From an uncultured Gemmatimonadales bacterium (GTDB taxonomy: Bacteria > Gemmatimonadota > Gemmatimonadetes > Gemmatimonadales > Gemmatimonadaceae), in assembly GCA_963701965.1 (NCBI GenBank), contig OY969695.1, positions 448,001 through 512,000 on the forward strand: a stretch of 64,000 nt of DNA, given 5' to 3'. Both the position numbers and the translations under genes were made by a program. The notes beneath the pieces were generated by a model, which worked only from the letters and a program-made list of their open reading frames with translations, did not search any database and was not told the origin of the DNA. This document shows, piece after piece, positions 52,692-62,259 of this stretch; position 1 is the stretch's first letter; every line of letters begins with the position of its first letter.

Positions 52692-52769
52692 TGCCTTCAA
52701 CCACTCGGCCACCCATCCAAGTACCACGGAGCGCGAGATTTAGACGATTCAGCCCCTGCCCCACAACCC
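52692..52769. repeat. Direct repeat copy 2: truncated tRNA-Ser(CGA) 5' end plus upstream DNA
   Basis: 75/78 identical to 45449..45526; tRNA similarity stops just after the D-arm. Confidence 0.92.
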
Positions 52770-52919
52770 GCGCTCAGGCCCCGTCGCGTGCCACGTGGGG
52801 CGCCAGATCACCGAAGATGCACCGGAAATCACTGGGTAGTGTCATGCTGCCGGCGTGGAGTGGTCCGCCAGACGAGTGTGCTCGTATCCTGCCACATTCA
52901 CTCGAACGAGGAGGAAAAA

Positions 52920-53939
52920 ATGAAAGCGCTGGCGCCTGTCGTTGCCCTTTGTGTGCTCCTCGGCGCGCGGGCACGCGTCGCTCCGGGTGACAGTGTCTAC
53001 ACGCGACCTGGACAAATAGTGGCGGCCGCGGATGGAGCGCGGCTCAACTTTTACTGCATGGGCACCGGGTCGCCCACCGTCGTCTTCGAATCGGGCTGGG
53101 GGGACTGGGCACCGGCTTGGGCGACCGTTCAGCCGAGGATTGGGGCGTGGACCCGAGCATGTAGCTACGACCGTGCGGGCGCCGGGTTCAGTGGCCCCGG
53201 TCCGCTGCCCCGTACCAGTGTGCGCATCGCCGAGGAACTGCATAGCGCGCTCCGAAACGCCGGCATCGCTGGGCCGTACATCCTGGTCGGCCACGCATTC
53301 GGGGGCGATCCCGCCCGCACGTTTGCCGATCTCTACACGCCGGATGTTGCGGGGCTCGTGCTCGAAGAGGCGGATGCCGGCGACGTCGAGCCCAAGACAC
53401 TGCAGGACGAGGATCACAGGGGTCAAGCCGCCTTCCTGCCCGACATCCGGGCCTGTCGCGATTCCGTAGCCGGTGGCAAGACCCTGCCGTCGGTGTCGCG
53501 GTACGGCGTGCGTCGCACGTGCGCGCAAAACACGTTCTTTCGCGGACTCCCCGAGAGCGAGTGGTCACCAGAGCTGAACGCCTCGCTGCTCCACATCGCG
53601 GAGACCAAGGCAGCGATGTACGACGCATTCTATTCCGAGATGGAGGAGGTCCCGTCGGACGAAGCCTGGCTCCAACAACACCGCCGCTCCCTGGGAGCGC
53701 GGCCAGTGCGCGTCCTGACCACCGGCAACCACGCGGTTGGGCATCTACCCGCGAGCAATGCGCGAGAGCCCAAGCACATAGAGTACGAGCACCAGATCGC
53801 GCTGGCGCAGGCGCGTTGGTTGACGCTGTCCTCGAACGCGAAGCAGATATTCGTGCCACAGAGCTCGGAATACATCCAGTTCGATCAGCCCGACGCGTTG
53901 ATCAGTGCCATCCGCGAAGTATATGACCAGAGCAAATGA
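52920..53939 (+). CDS. Secreted alpha/beta hydrolase-fold protein with substituted catalytic residues
   Basis: GAGGAGG RBS; C.G.GSPTVVFESG, YDRAG.GFS; GHAFGG and SSEYIQ at the usual Ser and His positions. Confidence 0.85.
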   Translation: MKALAPVVALCVLLGARARVAPGDSVYTRPGQIVAAADGARLNFYCMGTGSPTVVFESGWGDWAPAWATVQPRIGAWTRACSYDRAGAGFSGPGPLPRTSVRIAEELHSALRNAGIAGPYILVGHAFGGDPARTFADLYTPDVAGLVLEEADAGDVEPKTLQDEDHRGQAAFLPDIRACRDSVAGGKTLPSVSRYGVRRTCAQNTFFRGLPESEWSPELNASLLHIAETKAAMYDAFYSEMEEVPSDEAWLQQHRRSLGARPVRVLTTGNHAVGHLPASNAREPKHIEYEHQIALAQARWLTLSSNAKQIFVPQSSEYIQFDQPDALISAIREVYDQSK

Positions 53940-53946
53940 CCTGGCG

Positions 53947-54783
53947 TCAGCGCTTCGTGGGCGAGGTCGTGGGACGCACGGGGCGTGACAGTGTCGGATG
54001 ATCTCCCTCCGGACTCAATGTCGGCGACCGAATTTCACGTTGCAGTGAAAGGGACTCGAAGATGACCCAGGAGGCGCCCGCCAGGGCGAAGGTGAAAAGA
54101 AACTCGACCCAGTTTGACGGGAGCGACGGCTTCGTGATGACGGCGGGGATCCACACGAGCAGGGTGAAGAGACTCATCATCGACGCTTCCGACGCGGCCG
54201 CCAAACGCGGAAGGACCGAGAACACGACACCCAGTCCGGCCGCAATCTGTCCGGCCCCCGCCAGGTCGGCCCAGGCCGTCCGGTACGGCAGCCACGCCGG
54301 CACCAACGAAACCGTGCGGGCGGCAAACTCGAAAAAATGCGAGAGGCCGTAAGTCACCAGCGAGAGTCCGAAGACGATCTGCGCTACCCTCACGCCGCGC
54401 TCGAAGCGCGCCCCCGACCCGGAGAGCCAGACAAAGAGCACGGTGGCGGCCGCCGCGAGGACGGCGATCTCTCCAATCGCGAACCAGCTGATCTCCCGGG
54501 CGGGATCCAATACCGTGACCGGGACCCTCGACAGGGTCCACAAGAGCAGGAATGGGAGCAGGATGCGGATGGAAACTCGAGCCGTCTGGTCGAATAGCAG
54601 CCCGGCGCCCGTACCCAGCGTGATGATGACGGACAGGTAGCCGACCCACTTGAGTGCGGGAATCCACGCGGGCGCCGGCGGCCCAAACAGCAAGACCTGA
54701 TAGCCGTAGACGAGCAGAAGGCCGCCAATGCTCATCATCCCCAGCGCGAACACAATTCGGACGATCCTCTGGTTGGTACCCAT
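53947..54783 (-). CDS. DoxX-like multi-pass membrane protein
   Basis: Many TM helices; YGLSHF, LVPAWLP, W..LAG motifs. Confidence 0.7.
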   Translation of the reverse strand: MGTNQRIVRIVFALGMMSIGGLLLVYGYQVLLFGPPAPAWIPALKWVGYLSVIITLGTGAGLLFDQTARVSIRILLPFLLLWTLSRVPVTVLDPAREISWFAIGEIAVLAAAATVLFVWLSGSGARFERGVRVAQIVFGLSLVTYGLSHFFEFAARTVSLVPAWLPYRTAWADLAGAGQIAAGLGVVFSVLPRLAAASEASMMSLFTLLVWIPAVITKPSLPSNWVEFLFTFALAGASWVIFESLSLQREIRSPTLSPEGDHPTLSRPVRPTTSPTKR

Positions 54784-54857
54784 AGTCTTAACAACTTGTG
54801 GGCTCTGGACCGAACTGAGAAGCACCAAGTTCTTAGCACGCTATCATACCAAAAACG

Positions 54858-55814
54858 TCAGTGCTGCAGTGGCGGCGGTCGCATCAAGAACGAAATGCCG
54901 TCGCCCGCATCGTACGTGACCTTCCCATCGCCGGCCGGCTTGGCCTGTACGCGGCCCGCGCGGACCGCGCGGATGGCCGTCAGGAGCTCGGGAAGGATCG
55001 ACGGTTCGGCGATAGGCGCGTTGTGCGACCCGAGCACCTGGTGCAGGTGCGGCGCCAGGGCGGCCAAGCGCGCGACCGAGCGTTCGTATGCGTCGATGTC
55101 GGTCTCCGGACGATACAGCCAGATGGGTCCCGGGTAATACGTATCGCCAGTCCACAAGAGTCCGGCCGCCTCGTCGATCAGCGAAATCGAGTCCGGGGTG
55201 TGGCCGGGCGTCGAAAGGATGCGAAGGACGCGACCGCCCAGGTCCACCGTGTCGCCATCGTGGATCCAACGCGTAATACGAAACGGCCGCGTCGCGTACA
55301 GCTTCGCATCGAAGCCCGGCGGCAGATGCCCGCAGATAGACCCCGGCGTCAACTCGCCCTGCGCATCCGCGACCGAGCCCCGCGCGTTCGCGCGCGTGAA
55401 CGGGGTATCCATGCCGAGGATGGTCCCGAACTGCCAGTTGTCACCGACGTGATCGTCGTGCGTGTGGGAATTGAGCACCACGATCGGCAGCGCCGTGAGC
55501 GCGGTCACGACTTTCTTCAGGTTCCCGATCCCGAGCCCTGTATCGAACAGCGCCGCGCGATCGCGGCCGATGATGAGGTACGAGATGGCCTCTTCGGCCT
55601 GGTGCGGCTCGTAGACGGCGTACACGCCGGGCGCGACGGCGTAGACCTCGAACCATGGGTCCGCGGATGGGACGCGGTGAAGCAGCCGATACGCCGGCCG
55701 CGGGAGCTGCCGGCACCAGTCCGGCGTTTGCGCGTCGGCGCAGCCCGCCAGCCACAGCATGGCGATCGCGACCAGTCGCGAGCCAACTTTCAATGGGAAC
55801 GGTCCGGGCCACAT
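54858..55814 (-). CDS. MBL-fold metallo-hydrolase
   Basis: DTGLG, SHTHDDH, TPGHTPDS, TGD, SHN; start uncertain. Confidence 0.88.
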   Translation of the reverse strand: MWPGPFPLKVGSRLVAIAMLWLAGCADAQTPDWCRQLPRPAYRLLHRVPSADPWFEVYAVAPGVYAVYEPHQAEEAISYLIIGRDRAALFDTGLGIGNLKKVVTALTALPIVVLNSHTHDDHVGDNWQFGTILGMDTPFTRANARGSVADAQGELTPGSICGHLPPGFDAKLYATRPFRITRWIHDGDTVDLGGRVLRILSTPGHTPDSISLIDEAAGLLWTGDTYYPGPIWLYRPETDIDAYERSVARLAALAPHLHQVLGSHNAPIAEPSILPELLTAIRAVRAGRVQAKPAGDGKVTYDAGDGISFLMRPPPLQH

Positions 55815-55876
55815 GAGCCGGGAAACCTACACGCGAAGGTGGCGCTTCCGGGATAATCTGGCTACCATGGGCGTCC

Positions 55877-56512
55877 ATGACTACCGGGCCCAGCAGCCTC
55901 AATGCCTTCGTCCGCGACGCACTAACGATCGGACAGCCGCGGGCCGAGATCGCGCGCGTGCTCGCGGAGGCAGGCTGGTCCAAGGAGCAGGTGACGCTGG
56001 CCCTTGGCACTTATGCCGACGTCGCCTTCCCCATCGCAGTCCCCCGGCCTCGCGCCTCGCTTTCGGCCCGCGAAGCGTTTCTCTATCTCGTGCTGTTCAC
56101 TGCGCTCTACCTCAGCGCGTTCAATCTGGGAACAGCACTCTACGATTTGATCGATCGCGCGCTGCCCGATCCTGCGATGCAGAGCTACGGCGCCGGCGCG
56201 TCGATTCGCTGGGCCCTCGCTGGACTCGTCGTCGCGTTCCCAATATTCCTCTGGATCAGCAACTACGTCGGCCGCGAGGTGGCGGCAAACCCGGCGGGCC
56301 GGCTGTCGCCCGTCCGGCGCTGGTGCACATACCTGACACTGTTCATCGCGGTCACGTTCCTGATCGGCGATGCGACGACGCTCGTGTACAACGTCCTGAG
56401 CGGAGAGCTCACGACACGGTTCCTGCTCAAGGCGCTCGTCGTCGCGGCCATCGCGGGAAGCGCACTCGCGTACTACTTGCGCGACCTTCGTCAGAGCGAG
56501 CGGGAGAGCTGA
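55877..56512 (+). CDS. DUF5671-like membrane protein
   Basis: AREAFLYLVLF, IRWALA.LVVAFP, RRW.TYLTLF, L.GELT.RF. Confidence 0.75.
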   Translation: MTTGPSSLNAFVRDALTIGQPRAEIARVLAEAGWSKEQVTLALGTYADVAFPIAVPRPRASLSAREAFLYLVLFTALYLSAFNLGTALYDLIDRALPDPAMQSYGAGASIRWALAGLVVAFPIFLWISNYVGREVAANPAGRLSPVRRWCTYLTLFIAVTFLIGDATTLVYNVLSGELTTRFLLKALVVAAIAGSALAYYLRDLRQSERES

Positions 56513-56943
56513 TGGCGACGGGTGGCTTCTCTGTCGCGGCGATCGCCGCGACGGCAGTGGTGGCGGCCACGGTCATCGCCACGGTGGTCGTGACCGGCGG
56601 CCCATCGACGCAGCGCGAGATTCGCCTCGACGAGGGGCGGGCCAGGGATCTGACTCGGATCACGTCGGCAGTCAACGCCTATGCACTGCGCCACAACGTG
56701 CTTCCCACGTCGCTCGACTCAATGGTCCCCGACCATCAACTCAATGTCGTACCCAGCGACCCGATGACGCACAAGCCGTACACGTACACCACAACCGGTG
56801 TGACCACGTATCGACTCTGCGCGACGTTCCAGCGAGCCGTCGAGAAGGAAGACGACGGGATCGGTCGCTACGGGAAAGAATGGGACTATCACGGCCGCGG
56901 GCCCGCGTGCTACGATCTCCAGACGAATAAGCGCCCCCAGTAG
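56512..56943 (+). CDS. Single-TM protein with pilin-like features, partner of the DUF5671-like gene
   Basis: TGATG overlap; N-terminal hydrophobic helix, LP.SL, DP.T..PY.Y, Y.LCATF. Confidence 0.7.
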   Translation: MATGGFSVAAIAATAVVAATVIATVVVTGGPSTQREIRLDEGRARDLTRITSAVNAYALRHNVLPTSLDSMVPDHQLNVVPSDPMTHKPYTYTTTGVTTYRLCATFQRAVEKEDDGIGRYGKEWDYHGRGPACYDLQTNKRPQ

Positions 56944-56974
56944 CGGCGAACGCGCCCAGAGCAGCGGCCGCCGA

Positions 56975-57296
56975 CTAGTCGTATCGCAACGCCTGTATGG
57001 GATCGATGCGGCTGGCGCGAATGGCCAGCACGAGGCCCGCACCCAGCGCGACCAGAGCGAGCAGGAGCGCCGACGTGGCGAAGACCACTGGGTCGGTGTT
57101 GGTAGAGCAATGCCGCGGCACAACGGCCCAGCACGAACGATCCCGGCATGCCGATCGATCCACCGATCGCCGTCATCAGGCCCACTTGGCCGAGCACCAT
57201 CCGGCGCACCCGGGCACGGTCGGCGCCGAGTGCCATGCGGACGCCGATCTCGCGGGTGCGTTGTGCCACGGAGTACGCGAGCGCGGACGCGATCAC
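56975..57296 (-). pseudogene. C-terminal fragment of an ADOP/FtsX permease
   Basis: AYSVAQRTREIGVRMALGA then frameshift to RASRIDPIQALRYD*; no upstream portion. Confidence 0.8.
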
Positions 57297-57567
57297 CGAT
57301 ACGATCGTCGGCGTCGCGCGTCGCCCTGTCGTCTGAGTAAACGCCGGGAGGGAACGCTAAGGCTTCCGCGGCGTCACATTCTCGTAGAGGGCGTCCCGTT
57401 CGTGTTTCGATGCCTACACATTCCTCGGAAACGGGAGCGATTTCGACGAGGATCATCACGAGGATCATCATGTGTCGACGCCGAAGCGCCGCGAGATGCC
57501 GACGGAGAACCCGGTCGTCGGTTTCCCGTGAGGCATGCGAGCTGTCCCTCGGTCCTGCCCCCTTCCC

Positions 57568-59118
57568 CTAATTCGCGAAGAAGCCCGTAAACCTCGTCTT
57601 TGCGTTGAGCAGCGACTGGAACGCGTTCACCACGTCATCCCCGGACTTCCCTCCGATGACGAATACGTAGGTGGAGGGGAAGCGCTGAATGGCATACACC
57701 CAGGAGCTGCTTCTGTCGAATTGCCGCTTCATGACATCGAGATCGTTCGGCGATACCCATGTCGTTCGGTCCGCCAAGAGCGGCAGCGTGGCCGGCGACA
57801 CAACGATCATGGCATTCATCTTGTGGTAGAGCTTGAGCATGGTCCACGACGCGTCGTTCGCGACTCCTGCGGAGGGATAGATACCTCCGCTGAGGCGACG
57901 CCTGATGGGGTTGTTGACGACGTCGCTGAACGCCGTGTCATGAATGATCACTAGCTCGGTCAAGAGCCTGGCCGGCATCTGAAGAAGAGGTCCCATCCTG
58001 TGCTCGAGGGCGCTCAGGTACGACGCAGCAAAGGCCTGATCATACAGCGTCTTGCCGGTCGCAAGCTGACTCTTCAGAAACGGCAGAATGGCTTTCGCGG
58101 CCGCATCAATGGCGGAGTCGTTATACAGACCCCGATCGGATTCCAGCTTTGCCTTGAAGGTGGCGGGATCGAGCAGAAGCTCGCCGGCGATCCCGTTTCC
58201 CAGAGCAGTGGCCAGGGCTTCATTCAGAATGTTCAGTCCGGCCAAGGACAGAGAGTCCGGCGAGTCCGCGAAAGACTGGGAGAGAGCGCGCTTGTCTGCC
58301 TCTGACCCGCTGGCGTGAAAGAAATGACATAGTTCGTGGATCACCACGCCCAACCGGAAATTGACATCTTCGTCTGGTAAGAACTCCACGACAGCGTGGT
58401 TTTCCAGTTGCGTCCCCTTGGTGTGGTTGTCAGTCCCCTTGGGGCGATAAAAGAGATTGAGATAGATGGGATATTCACCCGGTAGATCGACATCGTAGAA
58501 CCGGGCGAACGATAGAATCGCGTCCTTGACGCTCTTTTGTGCCAGTCGGCTTTGCACGGTTCGCCGGTAGTGCTCGCAGGGGCCCTGCGCTTCCTCTTTC
58601 CACCACTTGGAAAAGCGTGGTTGGAAATGATCGATCACCGATTCAAGGGCCGGCAGGTCCGTCGGGGCGACGATTGCTTCCCAATGGCTGCGAAGCGCCA
58701 GCTCATCCCGGGCGTGGAACGTGGCGATGGCGAATTTGTCCTCCAACTCGATTCCGGTGGGGCCACTCCACGGAAGCGCCATCGGTTCGGCTCTCGACAC
58801 ATCCAGCACGATCTCGCCACGGTACTTCCGACGGAGGGCCCTCCAGCGGTCCAGGTGAACGTCGTCTTCTGCGGTCCAACCGATTCGCGTTTTCCAAAGA
58901 TTCAGATAGGTCGCCTGACTGCAGTTGATAGTCCCGGCCAGGCAATCGAGTTGGTAGACCAGGTTACTGAGCGGTAAGACCTGCACGATAAAATTGAGAC
59001 CTACCGTGTGCGCGGCGAACAGGTTGGGCGCGAGCAATGAGCCCAAGAGAGGCACAAGTGCGAGCCGACGCGTGGCGTTACCGCCGAGGGATCGCGTTGA
59101 CCTGACCATTTCTGTCAT
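57568..59118 (-). CDS. Secreted putative zinc metallopeptidase (gluzincin-like)
   Basis: Signal-like N-terminus; IHELCH followed by NEALAT; more A/T-rich than the flanks. Confidence 0.65.
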   Translation of the reverse strand: MTEMVRSTRSLGGNATRRLALVPLLGSLLAPNLFAAHTVGLNFIVQVLPLSNLVYQLDCLAGTINCSQATYLNLWKTRIGWTAEDDVHLDRWRALRRKYRGEIVLDVSRAEPMALPWSGPTGIELEDKFAIATFHARDELALRSHWEAIVAPTDLPALESVIDHFQPRFSKWWKEEAQGPCEHYRRTVQSRLAQKSVKDAILSFARFYDVDLPGEYPIYLNLFYRPKGTDNHTKGTQLENHAVVEFLPDEDVNFRLGVVIHELCHFFHASGSEADKRALSQSFADSPDSLSLAGLNILNEALATALGNGIAGELLLDPATFKAKLESDRGLYNDSAIDAAAKAILPFLKSQLATGKTLYDQAFAASYLSALEHRMGPLLQMPARLLTELVIIHDTAFSDVVNNPIRRRLSGGIYPSAGVANDASWTMLKLYHKMNAMIVVSPATLPLLADRTTWVSPNDLDVMKRQFDRSSSWVYAIQRFPSTYVFVIGGKSGDDVVNAFQSLLNAKTRFTGFFAN

Positions 59119-59160
59119 CCGGCCTCCGTAGTGGGACGGCGTTCGCGCCGTGGTCGGAAC

Positions 59161-59260
59161 CGATAGCCCACGAGGGTGGCCAGCACCGCCCTGTCGGGTT
59201 GGGCGGTCTGCGCGTGCGCCGCCGGGGCCACCGCAACGATTCCCGCAGCCAAGAGTGATC
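59161..59260 (-). pseudogene. 5' relic homologous to 60545..60644
   Basis: LLAAGIVAVAPAAHAQTAQPDRAVLATLV versus LLASGIVAVVPAAQAQTAQPDSAVLAALV. Confidence 0.75.
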
Positions 59261-59393
59261 CACAAATGTGTCTCCTCACGTCGTTGCCGTACGAATCGGC
59301 ATCGAAGGTGGTTTCACCCACGAACCAGATGGCCGGAAGCATCTGATATACGTCCTTGTGGCCATCCGCTCACCGCCGTATCGTGTCGATCGG

Positions 59394-60359
59394 ATGACAC
59401 AACCGAAGCGTATAGGCTTTCTCGGATTCGACGGCGTCACGGCGCTCGACCTGGTCGGGCCGCTCGAGGCCTTCTCCGTCGCCGCACAGGACGAGCACTT
59501 CTACGAACCGATCGTCATCGGACTGACCGCGCGGGCGTTCACCGCCGCGTCCGGGATCGTGTTCAAACCGCATCGGACGATCGACAACGCGCCGTCGCTC
59601 GATACGATCGTGATTCCCGGCGGGCCCGGTTTGCGCCAACCGGCGACGAACGCGCGCGCCGCCGCGTGGCTCGCCGTGCGGGCGCCGCGGTGCCGGCGGG
59701 TCGCCACGGTGTGCACCGGGATCTATGGCTTGGCGCCGACCGGGCTGCTCGACGGGCGGCGCGTCACGACGCACTGGCGCTATGCGCGCGACGTAGCCGC
59801 CAAGTTCCCCAAGCTCCGCGTCGACCCCACCCCCCTTTTCTTGAGTGATGGGCCGTTCTATACCGCGGCCGGCATCACCGCCGGCATCGATCTGGCGCTG
59901 GCGCTGATCGAGGAGGACCGCGGCCCGGCAATTTCGCTCAACGTGGCGCGCGAGCTCGTGGTGTTTTTGAAACGTCCCGGCGGGCAGGACCAATTCTCCG
60001 AGCCGTTGCACTTTCAGATGCAGGCAACGGACCGGTTCGCCGACATCGGCGCCTGGATCGCGACGCACTTGCATCAGGAGATCTCAGTCGACGATCTCGC
60101 CAAGCGCGTCCATCTGTCGCATCGCCACTTCCGACGGCGATTCAAGGAAGTGTTCGGCACGACGCCAGCCGCGTTCGTCGAGTCCCTGCGCCTCTCCGAG
60201 GCCCGCCGGCGACTCACAGCGCGCGCCACGAGCATCAAAAGTGTCGGCACCGCGGTCGGCTATTCCAGCGTCGACGTGTTTCGTAAAGCGTTCGAGCGCC
60301 GGTTTGGCGTGGCGCCGAGCGCCTATCGGAGCCGGTTCATGTCCACGACGCGGGGCTAA
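59394..60359 (+). CDS. GlxA-family regulator (DJ-1/PfpI + AraC HTH)
   Basis: LDLVGP.EAF, CTG, TTHW, TAAGITAGIDL, RPGGQ.QFS, C-terminal AraC HTH. Confidence 0.92.
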   Translation: MTQPKRIGFLGFDGVTALDLVGPLEAFSVAAQDEHFYEPIVIGLTARAFTAASGIVFKPHRTIDNAPSLDTIVIPGGPGLRQPATNARAAAWLAVRAPRCRRVATVCTGIYGLAPTGLLDGRRVTTHWRYARDVAAKFPKLRVDPTPLFLSDGPFYTAAGITAGIDLALALIEEDRGPAISLNVARELVVFLKRPGGQDQFSEPLHFQMQATDRFADIGAWIATHLHQEISVDDLAKRVHLSHRHFRRRFKEVFGTTPAAFVESLRLSEARRRLTARATSIKSVGTAVGYSSVDVFRKAFERRFGVAPSAYRSRFMSTTRG

Positions 60360-60393
60360 CAGCATGCGCCTCCTTCTCGCCGCCATCCTGTGC

Positions 60394-60663
60394 CTACAGC
60401 AAGCGCCCGTGCGACAGACCCGGCCACAGCTTCGTCAGCAGTGCCGGGATCTCATTGTCTCCGTGTAACTCCCCCAGCAGGAAGAAGTCGTGTCGCTCCG
60501 CTTCGTGGACGAGGAAATCCTGTCCGGCACTATCAAGGTTGTACTGATGACTCACAAGAGCAGCGAGCACCGCACTATCGGGTTGGGCTGTCTGCGCCTG
60601 CGCGGCGGGCACCACCGCCACAATTCCAGAAGCCAGGAGCAATCGATAAGCGGGCCGCCGCAT
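60394..60663 (-). pseudogene. Truncated secreted protein (GELHG motif; ChaN/EreA-like superfamily suspected)
   Basis: Signal peptide then FFLLGELHGDNEIP; ends after 89 aa. Confidence 0.55.
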
Positions 60664-60744
60664 GCCTTGGTTACGAACGGGCGTTGGTCCTGGTTTCAAT
60701 GAACCGGACACCATGGCACTATTGGCGGCGCCGTCGCCCTAACG

Positions 60745-61836
60745 CTAAGCGGCGACGGCGTCCATCTCCGGATAGTCCGTGTAGCCAGCCGCGCCGCCGC
60801 CGTACCATTTCGCCTTGTCGGTCTCCTCGAACAGCGGCGCTCCCTTGGCGAATCGCTCGACGAGATCGGGATTGGTGATGAACGGCCGCGCGAAGCTCGC
60901 GAGATCAATGTCGCCATTCGCGAGGGTCGCGTTCGCGGCGTCCAGCGTCAGACTGTCGTTGAGCGCGAGCGGCCCGTGGAATGTGCGCCGGATGAGATGC
61001 AGCATGTCGCGCCCGGCCGCGCTCGCGTCACCGACCGTCTGTGTGCGCAGCTCGAGGAAGGCCAGCTTGAACCGGTCGAGTCCGTCCGCGACCACACGGA
61101 ACGTCTCGGCCGGGTGACTGTCGCCGATGCTGTACGGGCTATTGAGCGGCGAGATGCGGACACTCACGCGGTCACCGCCCCAAACACCGACGACGGCTTC
61201 CATGACCTCGAACAGGAAGCGCGCGCAATGAAGCGCCGAGCCGCCATAGGCGTCGGTGCGATGGTTCGCGCTGTCGCGCAGGAACTGGTCGATCAAGTAG
61301 CCGTTGGCACTGTGCACCTGGACGCCATCGAAGCCCGCCTCGCGCGCGTTCCGCGCGGCCTGCTCGAAGTCCCGAACAATGCCAGGGATCTCCTCGATGC
61401 CGAGCGCGCGCGGTGTGACGAACGGCTGCAGCCCAGTCCACGTCACCGCGTTGCCCTCGGGTTTGATCGCTGAAGGCGCGACGGGAAGCGCGCCGCCGGG
61501 CTGCACCGACGGATGCGAGACCCGCCCGGTATGCCAGATCTGCGTGATGATCCGGCCACCGCGCGCGTGCACCGCGTCAGTCACGAGCCGCCAGCCGGCG
61601 ACTTGTTGGGGCGACCAAATGCCCGGCGCGCCGGCGTATCCCGCCGCTTGCGCCGAGATGTCGGTCGCTTCGGTAATGATCAGCCCCGCGCTCGCGCGCT
61701 GCGCGTAGTAGGTCGCGTTCAGCGCGGTCGGTGTCGCACCTTCCGCGGCGCGAAGCCGCGTCATCGGCGCCATCACAACCCTGTTCGGCAGGTCCAAAGG
61801 TCCAATTCGTACCGGACTCAGCACTGTATCAGCCAA
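60745..61836 (-). CDS. Old Yellow Enzyme family alkene reductase
   Basis: NRVVMAPMTR, YYAQRA, QIWHTGR, HSANGYLIDQF, GYTDYP. Confidence 0.93.
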   Translation of the reverse strand: MADTVLSPVRIGPLDLPNRVVMAPMTRLRAAEGATPTALNATYYAQRASAGLIITEATDISAQAAGYAGAPGIWSPQQVAGWRLVTDAVHARGGRIITQIWHTGRVSHPSVQPGGALPVAPSAIKPEGNAVTWTGLQPFVTPRALGIEEIPGIVRDFEQAARNAREAGFDGVQVHSANGYLIDQFLRDSANHRTDAYGGSALHCARFLFEVMEAVVGVWGGDRVSVRISPLNSPYSIGDSHPAETFRVVADGLDRFKLAFLELRTQTVGDASAAGRDMLHLIRRTFHGPLALNDSLTLDAANATLANGDIDLASFARPFITNPDLVERFAKGAPLFEETDKAKWYGGGAAGYTDYPEMDAVAA

Positions 61837-61893
61837 CGTTTCCTCATAGACGGTTTACACGTGTAGCTTCGGAGCGACCACAAAGTTCCGGGG

Positions 61894-62175
61894 TCATACG
61901 CCCAAGGCCAATGCAATCCGCCCTGCGATCCAGAAGAGCGCCGCGCCCGCGAACTGCGTGCGCCCGGAAACGGTGAGACCCAGGTAGCGCCTGAGGACGA
62001 TCGCGGTGAGCGGGCAGGCCGAGAGTCCCGAGAAAAGCGCGAACCAGCCATTCGTGAGCGGCCAGGGGCCGCGCGTCACGAGAAGCCACAGGCCGCCGCC
62101 TCCGGCGACGATCGCGTAGAGCCAGCCCACGAGCCACCCAATGCGTCGCCAGCTCTGTGCGGTCAATGTCTCCAT
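61894..62175 (-). CDS. Small hypothetical membrane protein
   Basis: 93 aa with about three hydrophobic segments; ECF-like promoter upstream. Confidence 0.6.
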   Translation of the reverse strand: METLTAQSWRRIGWLVGWLYAIVAGGGGLWLLVTRGPWPLTNGWFALFSGLSACPLTAIVLRRYLGLTVSGRTQFAGAALFWIAGRIALALGV

Positions 62176-62187
62176 CTTGCTAGCGAC

Positions 62188-62213
62188 TACGACGCATCCT
62201 CCTTCCGGTTTCA
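62188..62213 (-). promoter_or_regulatory. ECF sigma-type promoter TGAAAC-N16-CGTA
   Basis: Exact motif 12 nt upstream of ATG 62175; N17 variants at 59290..59316 and 60672..60698. Confidence 0.55.
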
Positions 62214-62259
62214 ACGCAATGGCGACCCGTGCGGCACTGCCTCTGCATTGCCGCGCCAT

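Noticed and set aside
45449..52769. Repeats as a CRISPR array or integron attC sites
   Set aside because: Copies are kilobases apart and tRNA-derived; no cas or intI gene, no clear RYYYAAC/GTTRRRY pairs, and cargo genes are in mixed orientation.
57446..57469. Tandem 12-mer acgaggatcatc x2
   Set aside because: Two copies inside a probable gene relic; no further structure.
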